In this document: positions 36,893 through 46,075 of the stretch, piece after piece
How the letters are laid out: the number at the start of each line of letters is the position of its first letter
How positions within the stretch are numbered: position 1 is the stretch's first letter
Assembly: GCA_963970155.1 (NCBI GenBank)
Contig: OZ019758.1
Span: forward strand, 578,140-642,139
Length of the DNA: 64,000 bases
Reading direction: 5' to 3'
Source: Holophagaceae bacterium
GTDB taxonomy: Bacteria; Acidobacteriota; Holophagae; Holophagales; Holophagaceae
Notes under the pieces: generated by a model
Told to the model about the DNA's origin: nothing
What the model saw: the letters and a program-made list of their open reading frames with translations, nothing else
Database searches by the model: none
Position numbers and translations under genes: made by a program

Positions 36893-37507
36893 TTATTTTC
36901 TAACGACTGTGCACATCAATTCGTTTCGTCGCATAAAGAAAGGAACGAAGGGAGCGTTGTACCGACCATAGGTGAAGGGTCCTTGGCGAGTATAGGCAGA
37001 GGACTGAATAAAGCGATCAAGCTCAACTTCGGCTTCTTTAACTTTGTTTTCAGACCAAAAACCCGAGGTATTAATGGCTGCGACCAAGGATCCAGGAATC
37101 GTCACAATAGACACCCTTGAATCGGTCGGCTGGGGAACCGTCTCAGGCGTAAATTCTGAAGGAACCATAAAGGAAACATTCCAACTCCCATCCGAATCCT
37201 TTGTCTGTGCGACAGGAGCCGTCATGGCGATGGAAGTGCCTGTGCTTTTAGTCTGCGCCACTGGAGCCGTCATGGCGATGGAGGTTTGAGTTTTATTAGC
37301 GCCTGAAATGTACTGGAATAGGATTCTAAAGGCCTGATTGCCTGCTTGGTCGAAAGACGCGTTCACTTTAGTTTGTGCAACCATATAGGGCTCGTACTGC
37401 CGAATTTCAATTCGACCCACTTTTTCAACTACTTTGTATTTAGGCTCTTCAGTTGCCATCAGCGTGACTCCTGCTAAAAGTATGGAGAATAGCGGTTTAA
37501 GTGACAT
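36893..37507 (-). CDS. SOUL/HEBP heme-binding family protein, secreted
   Basis: Signal peptide, EEPKY.V, duplicated IAMTAPV motif, W.VSFMVP, YNAPF motifs. Confidence 0.75.
   Translation of the reverse strand: MSLKPLFSILLAGVTLMATEEPKYKVVEKVGRIEIRQYEPYMVAQTKVNASFDQAGNQAFRILFQYISGANKTQTSIAMTAPVAQTKSTGTSIAMTAPVAQTKDSDGSWNVSFMVPSEFTPETVPQPTDSRVSIVTIPGSLVAAINTSGFWSENKVKEAEVELDRFIQSSAYTRQGPFTYGRYNAPFVPFFMRRNELMCTVVRK
37203..37285. repeat. 48-nt-period tandem duplication inside the SOUL gene
   Basis: GTCTGTGCGACAGGAGCCGTCATGGCGATGGAAGT (37203-37237) versus GTCTGCGCCACTGGAGCCGTCATGGCGATGGAGGT (37251-37285), 31/35 identical. It encodes TSIAMTAPVAQTK twice. Confidence 0.85.
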
Positions 37508-37522
37508 AACGATACTCCTGAT

Positions 37523-38434
37523 TTAGATTTTTTTTCGAGCACGAGGGTGGGACTTAAGGTAAGTTTTAGACAAATCTTCAATCCCTAAATGAGTATACCT
37601 CTGAGTTGTACTAAGACTGGCATGACCCAATAATTCCTGAATGATCCGGAGGTCCATCCCTTTATTCAAGAGGTGGGTGGCAAAGCTGTGTCTGAGTCCG
37701 TGTGGGGATATTTTATTCTCAACACCCTTAGAAATAATTAATTTAGACAATAAATTACGAATAGAAGTCGTGCTCAATCGGGTTCCTTTCGTATTCACGA
37801 AGACCGCATTGGTCGGTCCTCCCTTGGCCTTTTTCAGAACGTCCGCTCTAAATGAAAGATAAATCGTTAGAGATCGCAAAGCTTGGTTGTGAAAGGGCAC
37901 CATGCGCTCCTTGCCGCCCTTACCAACCACCAAAAGCACTTGGTCTCGCTTGTGAATGTCCTGGAGGTTTAAACTAGCCAGTTCACTGACACGCAATCCG
38001 GTTGCGTAAAGAGTTTCAACGAGGCAAAGGGTTCGCGCTTCCTGAAAGTTAATGGGGACTGGGGCATCTAAAAGTGTGTGGACATCCTTTTCCGACAAAA
38101 AATGGGGTAGTTTTTTTGATTCTTTGGGATTCCTGATCCCTGTGGTTGGATTTCGTGAAATGTAGCCGTGGTCCCACATCCAATGAAAAAAAGTACGGGT
38201 CGTCGAAAGAATTCTAGATTGGCTCGTAGGGTCTAGTCCCATCTGGGCAAGAGAGGCTACAAAGCCTCTAATTTGCCTAACTGAGACGTCCCAGGATTCC
38301 CAATTGCCCTCATGGGCGTATTGTAGTACTTTTTTTAAATCGAGTTCTTGAGCCCGAAGAGTATGCGGGGATAGGCCTCGGCTCTTCTGCTCAGAGGCAA
38401 AAAGAGTTAAAGTCTTAAGTAACCCTTTTTTCAT
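37523..38434 (-). CDS. XerC/XerD-type tyrosine site-specific recombinase
   Basis: YATGLRVSELASL, GKGGKERMVP, HGLRHSFATHLL, LLGHASLSTTQRYTHL catalytic motifs; 303 aa. Confidence 0.8.
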   Translation of the reverse strand: MKKGLLKTLTLFASEQKSRGLSPHTLRAQELDLKKVLQYAHEGNWESWDVSVRQIRGFVASLAQMGLDPTSQSRILSTTRTFFHWMWDHGYISRNPTTGIRNPKESKKLPHFLSEKDVHTLLDAPVPINFQEARTLCLVETLYATGLRVSELASLNLQDIHKRDQVLLVVGKGGKERMVPFHNQALRSLTIYLSFRADVLKKAKGGPTNAVFVNTKGTRLSTTSIRNLLSKLIISKGVENKISPHGLRHSFATHLLNKGMDLRIIQELLGHASLSTTQRYTHLGIEDLSKTYLKSHPRARKKI

Positions 38435-38474
38435 GAAATTAGCCCCAAGGTATGCATCATTATGAGGGATTTTT

Positions 38475-40283
38475 GTGTCGAGTGAAATAAAGACTATCCC
38501 CGATTTATTTTATAAAGCCATCGAGAAAGATTTGCCGGACGCTTTGGCCTATAAGCAGAATGGTAAATACCAACCAATCTCGCATCGCGAATACAAGGAC
38601 CTTGTTGAGTGGATAGCCCTGGCTCTTCGCGAAAAGGGGCTTAAATCCCAAGAACGTGTGGCTATCATTTCCGAGAATCGGCCTGAATGGGCAGTCGCTG
38701 ATTTTGCTTGTGCTATTTTGGGTTTGCCCACCGTAGTGCTCTACCCTACTCTAGTAGCTAATCAGTCTGCTTTTATCCTTCAGCACAGCGAAGTCTCTTG
38801 GGCGATTTGTTCCGATTCAAATCAATTAAATAAAATTATAGAATCTTGGGAGCAACTACCCGATCTCCATACCATAGTCGTAATGGAAGGCGAAGTGCCC
38901 GTTGTTCCCCATAAAAATATCTATACCTGGGACCAAATGGTCGCCTGGGGTCGAGCCCTCTCCTCAGAGCAAAACGAAGTAAGGCAATGGGCTACGGCGG
39001 TAAAACCTGAGGACTTATTAACGATTATCTACACCAGCGGAACAACGGGGGAGCCCAAGGGGGCTATGCTAACGCACCACAACTTGATAACAAATATTGT
39101 GGATTGTGCTGAATTTCTAGAGTTTCGTAAAGGTGACCGATCGCTGAGTTTTTTGCCCCTTAACCATATTTTTGAACGCATGGTAGGGCACTTCACGATG
39201 ATGCATGTGGGCGTATCCATTTACTACTCCGAGGGGGTTGCGAAAGTTCCCGATAATCTCTTAGAAGTTAAACCCACCATCCTTCTCGCCGTCCCTAGGA
39301 TTTATGAAAAAATATTCAACCGCACCTTCTTCATGGCAGCCCAAGCACCCCCACTTCAACGATTTATCTTTAGTCTCGCGATGCGTATTGGTCGGTGGTC
39401 ACTACCCTATCGCTATGCCCGTCGCCCCTTACCCTTCTATCTGAAATACCCCCACCAAGTGGCTAGTAAATTGGTCTACCAAAAGGTTCTATCACGACTC
39501 GGCGGCAACCTTCGGATGGCTGCTTCAGGGGGAGCCCCGTTATCGCCTAAGATCCTCGAATTCTTTTGGTCAATTGGTCTCGATATTCTTGAAGGCTATG
39601 GGCTCAGCGAAACAAGCCCGGTGATCTCCTTCAACCGGTTTGGCAGCATTGCCCCAGGATCTGTGGGCAAACCGCTCTATGATACTTGGGCGGGTCGACC
39701 CTTTGTCAAAATTGCCGAGGATGGGGAGATCTTATGCCAAGGCCCTAACATCATGAAGGGGTATTGGAAAAATGAAACGGGCAGCCGCGAAGCTATTTCG
39801 TCGGATGGTTATTTTCATACGGGTGATATTGGCTATTTTAAAGATGGAAACCTTTATATTACGGATCGCAAAAAGGATCTTATCATCACTTCCGGAGGCA
39901 AGAATGTAGCCCCTCAGCCCATTGAAAATGCCCTCAAGAGTGACCAGTACATTTCACAAGCGGTCATTCTTGGAGATGCGCAGCATTTCATTGGGGCCCT
40001 CATTGTTCCGGACTTTGAAGTCCTGGAACGCTGGGCTAAACGCCATAAAATATCTTTTGTCTCTCGAGAAGATCTGATTACTAACCGGCTTGTCGTAGAG
40101 AAAGTTATGAGACGGGTCCATAAGGTTAATACTCAATTTTCCAATTATGAACAGGTTAAAAAAATAGCTCTTCTCAGTCAGGAAATGACTCAAGAATCTG
40201 GGGAATTGACCCCCACCATGAAGGTTAAACGTCGCATCATTAATGAGAAATACCAGAAGCAGATCGATGACCTTTACCGTTGA
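38475..40283 (+). CDS. Long-chain fatty acid--CoA ligase (AMP-forming acyl-CoA synthetase)
   Basis: AMP-binding motif IIYTSGTTGEPKGAMLTHHN, YGLSET, TGDIG...DRKKDLI, GELTPTMKVKRR. Confidence 0.8.
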   Translation: MSSEIKTIPDLFYKAIEKDLPDALAYKQNGKYQPISHREYKDLVEWIALALREKGLKSQERVAIISENRPEWAVADFACAILGLPTVVLYPTLVANQSAFILQHSEVSWAICSDSNQLNKIIESWEQLPDLHTIVVMEGEVPVVPHKNIYTWDQMVAWGRALSSEQNEVRQWATAVKPEDLLTIIYTSGTTGEPKGAMLTHHNLITNIVDCAEFLEFRKGDRSLSFLPLNHIFERMVGHFTMMHVGVSIYYSEGVAKVPDNLLEVKPTILLAVPRIYEKIFNRTFFMAAQAPPLQRFIFSLAMRIGRWSLPYRYARRPLPFYLKYPHQVASKLVYQKVLSRLGGNLRMAASGGAPLSPKILEFFWSIGLDILEGYGLSETSPVISFNRFGSIAPGSVGKPLYDTWAGRPFVKIAEDGEILCQGPNIMKGYWKNETGSREAISSDGYFHTGDIGYFKDGNLYITDRKKDLIITSGGKNVAPQPIENALKSDQYISQAVILGDAQHFIGALIVPDFEVLERWAKRHKISFVSREDLITNRLVVEKVMRRVHKVNTQFSNYEQVKKIALLSQEMTQESGELTPTMKVKRRIINEKYQKQIDDLYR

Positions 40284-40287
40284 TCCC

Positions 40288-41154
40288 ATGGGTTCTCTTT
40301 GGAAGAAGGTTCTAGAGTTTGGTCGGATGATCAAATTCGAGCATACGATTTTTGCCCTCCCCTTCGCCCTGGTGGGATTAATACTAGCGTCGAAAGGCTG
40401 GCCTAGCCTTCCTGTCTTCGCCTGGGTGGTTCTCGCTGCCGTAGGGGCCCGGACAGCAGCCATGGGATTCAATCGTCTTATCGATCAAGAGATTGATGCT
40501 ATTAATCCACGAACTCAAATACGTTCCCTGCCAGCTCAAAGACTCACCCGAAGGGCGGCATGGATCATGGTCTTACTTTCGATTGCGGCCTTCTTCCTTG
40601 CGGCACGGTCCCTTAATCCTTTATGTTTAAAATTGGCTCCATGGGTACTGGTAATTTTACTGGGCTATTCCTACACCAAGCGGTTCACGGCCTTTTGCCA
40701 TTTGATTTTGGGACTCTCTCTAGGTTGTGCGCCTATGGGGGCCTGGGTGGCTGTTACCGGAGCATTGGATGTCTTGCCTATCTTGATTGCCGGGGGAGTC
40801 TGCTTTTGGACAGCGGGCTTCGATATCCTCTATGCTCTCCAAGACCAAGATTTTGATCGCCTGCAAGGGCTCCACTCCATCCCAGCCAAATGGGGGATGC
40901 AACGAGCCCTCTATTGTTCTAGGCTGTTTCACTTACTAGCCTGGTTCTTATGGGCATCAGCAGTAGCTCTGTCTTCAGGGCTCCAACCTCTTGCCTGGGT
41001 CGGGATGATCTTGATTGGGAGCATCTTGGCTCGCGAGCAATGGATTATGCGAACCGGCGATCTATCACGACTCGATGAGGCCTTCTTCCAACTCAATGCC
41101 TGGGTCGGACCTATTTATTTCCTTAGCCTTTCTTACCCCTACCTCTTCTTGTAA
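40288..41154 (+). CDS. UbiA-family aromatic prenyltransferase (4-hydroxybenzoate polyprenyltransferase-like)
   Basis: KFEHTIFALPFA N-terminus, NRLIDQEIDAINPRT and YALQDQDFD Asp-rich motifs, polytopic. ATG at 40288 lies 4 nt after the upstream stop. The 40243 start in the ORF track is an extension overlapping the ligase gene. Confidence 0.75.
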   Translation: MGSLWKKVLEFGRMIKFEHTIFALPFALVGLILASKGWPSLPVFAWVVLAAVGARTAAMGFNRLIDQEIDAINPRTQIRSLPAQRLTRRAAWIMVLLSIAAFFLAARSLNPLCLKLAPWVLVILLGYSYTKRFTAFCHLILGLSLGCAPMGAWVAVTGALDVLPILIAGGVCFWTAGFDILYALQDQDFDRLQGLHSIPAKWGMQRALYCSRLFHLLAWFLWASAVALSSGLQPLAWVGMILIGSILAREQWIMRTGDLSRLDEAFFQLNAWVGPIYFLSLSYPYLFL

Positions 41155-41156
41155 AT

Positions 41157-41191
41157 AAAAAAGCCAAGACCCGAAAGTCTTGGCTTTTTTT
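41157..41191. terminator. Bidirectional rho-independent terminator
   Basis: A-run, GCCAAGAC (41163-70), loop CCGAAA, GTCTTGGC (41177-84), T-run 41185-41191. It lies between convergent ubiA-like and small membrane genes. Confidence 0.85.
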
Positions 41192-41205
41192 CATAAAAGT
41201 AACGC

Positions 41206-41421
41206 TTATCGGTTGGCGATATGCCAAGCAATGAAAGCGGTGACGAGTCCGGCAAGACCTTGGGCAGACAAGCTGCTGGCAATGTTTGACAGATTCGTAA
41301 TAGGTGCCCAGCCATTCATGCTGGAGCCTAAAACTTGAAGAAGTACTGAGATGGTCAAGAGTACCCAAACAAGAGAAGTGATTCTCTTGACGGCATCCAC
41401 GATCATATCGAGTATTTGCAT
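41206..41421 (-). CDS. Small two-TM membrane protein, unknown family (paralog A, 71 aa)
   Basis: MQILDMIVDAVKRITSLVWVLLTISVLLQVLG...GLAGLVTAFIAWHIANR. ATG at 41421 is preceded by GAGGAGGG. About 45-50% identical to paralog B. The 41484 start in the ORF track lacks the paralog-supported N-terminus. Confidence 0.6.
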   Translation of the reverse strand: MQILDMIVDAVKRITSLVWVLLTISVLLQVLGSSMNGWAPITNLSNIASSLSAQGLAGLVTAFIAWHIANR

Positions 41422-41561
41422 GGTTCCCTCCTCAGGGATAGTTATGTGCATAAGATACCCCCGACTGCCCACAAAATAAAGCAAAAGGTCATAAAATAAT
41501 TACATTTCATGTAAATACTGTTTTTATTGAGTTTAAGTAAATATATAAAAGTCTTCAAATA

Positions 41562-41600
41562 GTAAAAACCCCCAAACATGAAGATGTTTGGGGGTTTTAC
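41562..41600. terminator. Strong rho-independent terminator after small membrane gene B
   Basis: CCCCCAAACAT (41569-79), loop GAAG, ATGTTTGGGGG (41584-94), flanked by A-run and T-run; an 11-bp perfect stem. Confidence 0.85.
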
Positions 41601-41618
41601 AGAGCTACAAAATTGCTA

Positions 41619-41837
41619 TTAGCTATTGCGTGTAGCCATATTCCAAGCAATGAAAGCAGCAAGAATACCGACAACGCCAGTATTAAAGCCTTGAGATAGG
41701 GTCAATAAATTTTTGACTGGGGTAAGGCCCGCCATCGGCAGACCTAAAACTTCAAGCAAGATGGCGATGGTTAAAAGCACCCAGATAAAACCGGTGAATC
41801 TTTTAATGACATCGGAGATCGTATCGAGTAATTGCAT
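41619..41837 (-). CDS. Small two-TM membrane protein, unknown family (paralog B, 72 aa)
   Basis: MQLLDTISDVIKRFTGFIWVLLTIAILLEVLG...GILAAFIAWNMATRNS. The ATG is preceded by AAGGAGGG. The gene has its own terminator. Confidence 0.65.
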   Translation of the reverse strand: MQLLDTISDVIKRFTGFIWVLLTIAILLEVLGLPMAGLTPVKNLLTLSQGFNTGVVGILAAFIAWNMATRNS

Positions 41838-42004
41838 GGGCCCTCCTTAAGGGATGAGTTATGCCCCTAATGTTAGGCACATTTTCCTTAAAGGTGTAGC
41901 GTTATTGTCAAAGAATAATTACAAAGATCCTACCTCTATTTATTTCAACATTTAAGGATTCTATCTACCCATTAAAAGCTTGGTTGGAGTGAATCACTGG
42001 GCGA

Positions 42005-43015
42005 TTAGCGAAGCCCGAGAAACCGATAAGTTTCCTCAGTCGCTCTTCGGCCCTGCTGGGTTCGGTCCAGGAGCCCCACCTGCATTAAATAGGGCTCTAC
42101 GAGATCTTCCAAGGCCCCTTCGTCTTCCCCAAGGGCTGAGGATAGGGTTTTGAGTCCCACGGGCCCCCCATTGAATTTGGAAACGAGCGTTTCTAAATAG
42201 AGTCGATCCAGAGCATCTAAACCTCGCTCGTCAACTTCATGAAGCGACAGGCAGTCTTCGGCAAGGGATGAAGTTAGGTTTCCTGACCCCTTCACTTGGG
42301 CAAAGTCACGACAACGGCGGAGCAGTCGGTTACAGATCCGAGGGGTTCCTCGGCTACGCTTTGCAATCGCTGAGCAGGCTTCAGCATCCATGGGAAGTTT
42401 AAGCAGTTGCGCATTACGTATCAAGATATGACCGAGGTCGTCTACAGAATAGAAATCGAGTCGAAATGTCATGCCAAAACGATCGCGAAGTGGCTTGCTG
42501 ATTAACCCTGCCCTCGTCGTGGCTCCCACTAAAGTGAAAGGCTTAAGATCGACCTGAAGGGTCTGGGCACTGGGACCTTGCCCAATCAAAATATTGAGAT
42601 GACGATCTTCCATCGCTGAATAAAGCATCTCTTCGATAGGCGGCGCTAAGCGATGAATTTCATCAATGAATAAAAAATCTCCCTCTTCCAGATTTGTCAA
42701 AATGGCAGCCAGATCGCCTTTCTTCTCTAGGGCGGGCGCTTGAATGACTCGGCAATGCGCTCCCATCTCGTTGGCCAACACATTAGCAAGGGTTGTTTTA
42801 CCTAGTCCGGGAGGACCAAATAAAAGAACATGCTCAAGGACTTCCGATCGCTTTCTTGCGGCATCAAGAGCGATATCAATCTTGGCTTTGGTTTTAGTTT
42901 GACCAATATACTCATCAAGCTTTTGAGGTCTTAGGCTAAATTCGACGGCATCCGTCTCAATATTGTTGGGGTTTAAATCGGGATGTCGGGAAGTAGTCAT
43001 AAATGAATAAGCCAA
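42005..43015 (-). CDS. ruvB: Holliday junction branch migration DNA helicase RuvB
   Basis: RPQKLDEYIGQ, GPPGLGKTT, FIDEIHRL, GATTRAG, RGTPRI motifs. Confidence 0.95.
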   Translation of the reverse strand: MAYSFMTTSRHPDLNPNNIETDAVEFSLRPQKLDEYIGQTKTKAKIDIALDAARKRSEVLEHVLLFGPPGLGKTTLANVLANEMGAHCRVIQAPALEKKGDLAAILTNLEEGDFLFIDEIHRLAPPIEEMLYSAMEDRHLNILIGQGPSAQTLQVDLKPFTLVGATTRAGLISKPLRDRFGMTFRLDFYSVDDLGHILIRNAQLLKLPMDAEACSAIAKRSRGTPRICNRLLRRCRDFAQVKGSGNLTSSLAEDCLSLHEVDERGLDALDRLYLETLVSKFNGGPVGLKTLSSALGEDEGALEDLVEPYLMQVGLLDRTQQGRRATEETYRFLGLR

Positions 43016-43092
43016 GAAGGATGCCTTTCTAGTTTAACTCGCGTTAATCTTGAAGTAAGGGCTTCCCAGCGGGGTCGCCTTAGGAGACGGAC

Positions 43093-43614
43093 ATGCTTCG
43101 AGTAGGGATAGGGTTCGATGCACATCGTTTTACAGAGAGTCATCTAGGCTTCAACGCCCATTATGCTTCCGAAGGGGCAAGTCGTGAGCCTCTTGTATTG
43201 ATGGGGATCCGTTTCCCTGACTCACCCAGATTAGCGGGTCACAGTGATGCAGACGTCATGAGTCATGCTCTGATGGATGCCCTTTTGGGTGCAGCGGGAC
43301 TTGGCGATATCGGCCATTATTTCCCTAGTAATGCCGCTGAATATAAAGGGTCCAACTCCATGGATCTTTTAGCCAAAGTCGTTGACCTCTTGGCTGAAAA
43401 GGGATTTAAAGTTCATAATGTGGATGTTTGTCTAATTGGTGAAAGTCCCAAAATCAGCTCTCGCATACCGGAGATGAAGTCTTCCGTCTCCGCCGTCCTC
43501 AAAATCTCAACCGATCGAATTAATATTAAGGCCACTACCACGGACAACATGGGATTCACGGGAAGAGGCGAAGGTTTAGCCGCTCAAGCCGTCGCAACGC
43601 TATCTAGCGAATAG
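43093..43614 (+). CDS. ispF: 2-C-methyl-D-erythritol 2,4-cyclodiphosphate synthase
   Basis: GIGFDAHRF, GHSDADV..HAL.DALLGA..LGDIG, KATTTDNMGFTGRGEG motifs. About 15 extra residues follow the first His motif. Confidence 0.9.
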   Translation: MLRVGIGFDAHRFTESHLGFNAHYASEGASREPLVLMGIRFPDSPRLAGHSDADVMSHALMDALLGAAGLGDIGHYFPSNAAEYKGSNSMDLLAKVVDLLAEKGFKVHNVDVCLIGESPKISSRIPEMKSSVSAVLKISTDRINIKATTTDNMGFTGRGEGLAAQAVATLSSE

Positions 43615-44245
43615 TACGGAAGGTCAGATTAATTCGACAGGGTGTTAGTAAAGCTTCATTAGGTTTGATTTTGGGGACTCGATGCTGAGAAAGAGACTGA
43701 GTTCGACCGCTCATAACCAATAGAGATCCATGAGTGAGCGGGATTGATATTTTTTTTTCGTGGTTGTCCTTTAGGCGAATCTCAAAAGTTCGCGTCGCTC
43801 CTAGGCTGAGAGATGCAATCACGGGATCAGGTCCGAGTTCCTTTTCGTCGTCGCTATGCCATCCTTGGGAATCGAGACCATTACGATATTTATTGATTAA
43901 AACGCTATTGAATCCAATATTTATACCAAGTTTATTAACCCTTGGCTCAATCTTCTCCTTTAGGTCTAACAAAATTGGCGACCAAGGCTTAGGCACCATT
44001 ATTTTCCCTGAATACTTATAAGATTTATCTGGATCGCCATACCAGGCGGTTAATCGGGGTTCATTAATCCATTTACCCATCATACGGATTTGATCTTGTT
44101 TGAGCTGAGGATCATTTTCGAGAAGGCCAAAAGAGAGATCGGCATCCTCAGGGCTGAGGAAATGAGGGTCATAGAAAATGGATAAATTATGTTCCTTTAT
44201 AAATGATTCATCGATGTGCTCGGCTAAAAATTTATCCGTTATCAA
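43604..44245 (-). CDS. alkB: Fe(II)/2-oxoglutarate-dependent dioxygenase AlkB
   Basis: NKYRNGLDSQGWHSDDE, SLSLGATRTFEIR, HGSLLVMSG..Q...HRVPK, RINLTFR motifs. Confidence 0.8.
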   Translation of the reverse strand: MITDKFLAEHIDESFIKEHNLSIFYDPHFLSPEDADLSFGLLENDPQLKQDQIRMMGKWINEPRLTAWYGDPDKSYKYSGKIMVPKPWSPILLDLKEKIEPRVNKLGINIGFNSVLINKYRNGLDSQGWHSDDEKELGPDPVIASLSLGATRTFEIRLKDNHEKKISIPLTHGSLLVMSGRTQSLSQHRVPKIKPNEALLTPCRINLTFRTIR

Positions 44246-44247
44246 AA

Positions 44248-45549
44248 TTAAACCTTAATATCGTACTTACCAAGATGGTTTCTCAGGGCAGACTGAGTAT
44301 TCTCTGGAGGATTTCGTAGAACGTGGTCTAAAAGATACTCCTGAACTGATCGGATCCAACTTCCGGGGGTAAGTTTATAAAACTCGATAATCTCAGACGG
44401 TTTTAGAACGAGATCTTTAATCAAAAGGGGCGGGTTCGTTGATAAAACTTTGACCCAGATGGATTCCAAATCACTCAAAGATGGGTTTGCTACGCTGTGG
44501 ACTCTCAAAAAGCACATCGGATCTAGACCTTGTTGTTTAATTTGGGATAAGTTGAGTCTTAGGGTGTACATTTTTTCTTCAGTCAGGGGTGAGATATCCT
44601 GACTGATAGTCGTAACCATCTTTTGTGAATCAAATAGAGAACATATGAGATCGCGTTCACGATTAGCTAAAGGAAATTTTGTCAAAACTTGATTGAGGTT
44701 CGATTCTAGTGAACCTCGATCGTGAGCTTTCATGGCCCAATCTATGAGTAAATACCAGCGCTCTCCTATGCTGCAAGATGCCTTCATTATGAACGGTCGT
44801 TCCTTGAAGTAAGACCGACAGGAACTCTTGCTTTCAAATATCTCATCAAGAAGCCCCGTTTGGATGGCAGCCTCAATGCCCCTAGCGCTATTGGTGACTA
44901 AGAGCTTATTGAATTCATCGACGATACGTTCACGCGATACATGTCTGATAAGGTCAGCTTTAATAGCAACAGCTTCAAGCGTGAGCGAATGGATCTCGAA
45001 ATCCAATTGTGATGCGAAGCGACAAGCACGCAGCATCCTTAGGGGATCCTCAGTAAATCGTTCGTTAGGTTCACCCACGCATCGAATCACCTTTTGATGA
45101 ATATCTTCCCTGCCCCCAAAGGGATCAATCAGGAAAGGATTCCAAGATTCATTCGGCATATGAGCAAGTGGGATCGCGAGGGCATTCATCGTAAAATCTC
45201 TACGAGATAAATCCTCTTCTAGGGTCACATTGAAGACAACTTCATCGGGGTGTCGAAAGTCGCTATAGCCCTTCTCGGATCGAAAGCTAGTGATTTCATA
45301 TTTTGAGTCGCCGCAGAGTACCGTAATGGTCCCGTGTTTCAAGCCCGTGGGGATGACTTTCATTCCCAATTGTTCAAAGGCGCCCAACATTGCATGGGGA
45401 GGCAGCGAACAAGCTAAATCGATATCTCCAAGAGGCCTGATCTGACCCCGTTTGCTCAAGATATGGTCTCGAATAGCTCCTCCGACGCCATAAAGTTGGT
45501 CTCGAAGAGAAGCAGGAAGTTGTTTCAAAAAAAAGTCGAGGGTATTCAA
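44248..45549 (-). CDS. cca: CCA-adding enzyme / poly(A) polymerase family tRNA nucleotidyltransferase
   Basis: LYGVGGAIRD...GDIDLA head-domain motif, RRDFTMNA, EDPLRMLRA. The proposed TTG start at 45549 overlaps the GNAT stop (TTGA). The ORF-track start 45618 would overlap the GNAT gene by 73 nt. Confidence 0.7.
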   Translation of the reverse strand: MNTLDFFLKQLPASLRDQLYGVGGAIRDHILSKRGQIRPLGDIDLACSLPPHAMLGAFEQLGMKVIPTGLKHGTITVLCGDSKYEITSFRSEKGYSDFRHPDEVVFNVTLEEDLSRRDFTMNALAIPLAHMPNESWNPFLIDPFGGREDIHQKVIRCVGEPNERFTEDPLRMLRACRFASQLDFEIHSLTLEAVAIKADLIRHVSRERIVDEFNKLLVTNSARGIEAAIQTGLLDEIFESKSSCRSYFKERPFIMKASCSIGERWYLLIDWAMKAHDRGSLESNLNQVLTKFPLANRERDLICSLFDSQKMVTTISQDISPLTEEKMYTLRLNLSQIKQQGLDPMCFLRVHSVANPSLSDLESIWVKVLSTNPPLLIKDLVLKPSEIIEFYKLTPGSWIRSVQEYLLDHVLRNPPENTQSALRNHLGKYDIKV

Positions 45550-46040
45550 GATAAAAGCTCGCTTTGTTGGTTTGCTAATTCCACAAGGGATTCCTTCTCG
45601 ACACGACAGGTTAACCATGCATCCATGGTTTTGGCTCCCATTTGACGATAAAAATTAATACTGGGCTCGTTCCAGTCGAGAACCTGCCAGACGAATCGGG
45701 TGCAATTATTTTGGACCGCTACGCGAGCTAAATGAATCAAAAGCGCTTTACCAATCCCATTACGCCGGTATTCAGGCCGTATGTAGAGATCCTCAAGGTA
45801 GATGCCTGCTTTCCCTTCCCAGGTACTAAAGTTGTAGAACCACAGGGCAAAACCAGCCGGCTTTCCCTCCCATTCGGCCATCACGACATGGATTAAAGGA
45901 TGATCGCTAAAAGCGAAATGCAAAATATCGTCAACCGTAGCCACCGCAGCAGCAGGATCCCGTTCGTATTCAGCCAGTTCTTTAATGTAAGAGACGACCA
46001 ATGGGGCGTCTTGGGGTGTCATTGAGCGTAAAATTAGCAT
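45546..46040 (-). CDS. GNAT family N-acetyltransferase (spermidine/spermine-acetyltransferase-like)
   Basis: YLEDLYIRPEYRRNGIGKALL acetyl-CoA motif A; 164 aa. Confidence 0.75.
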   Translation of the reverse strand: MLILRSMTPQDAPLVVSYIKELAEYERDPAAAVATVDDILHFAFSDHPLIHVVMAEWEGKPAGFALWFYNFSTWEGKAGIYLEDLYIRPEYRRNGIGKALLIHLARVAVQNNCTRFVWQVLDWNEPSINFYRQMGAKTMDAWLTCRVEKESLVELANQQSELLS

Positions 46041-46075
46041 TGGTCTATTCTATCTACAAGTTCTCATGAGGACCT

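Noticed and set aside
39954-40472. 172-aa minus-strand ORF across the acyl-CoA ligase/ubiA junction, plus similar antisense ORFs at 10590-10958, 32545-33309, 13401-13826, 54722-55120 and 57212-57529.
   Set aside because: All lie fully inside or antisense to strongly supported genes (feoB, ftsH, nrdJ, secA, proS) and show no family signatures. I treat them as shadow ORFs.
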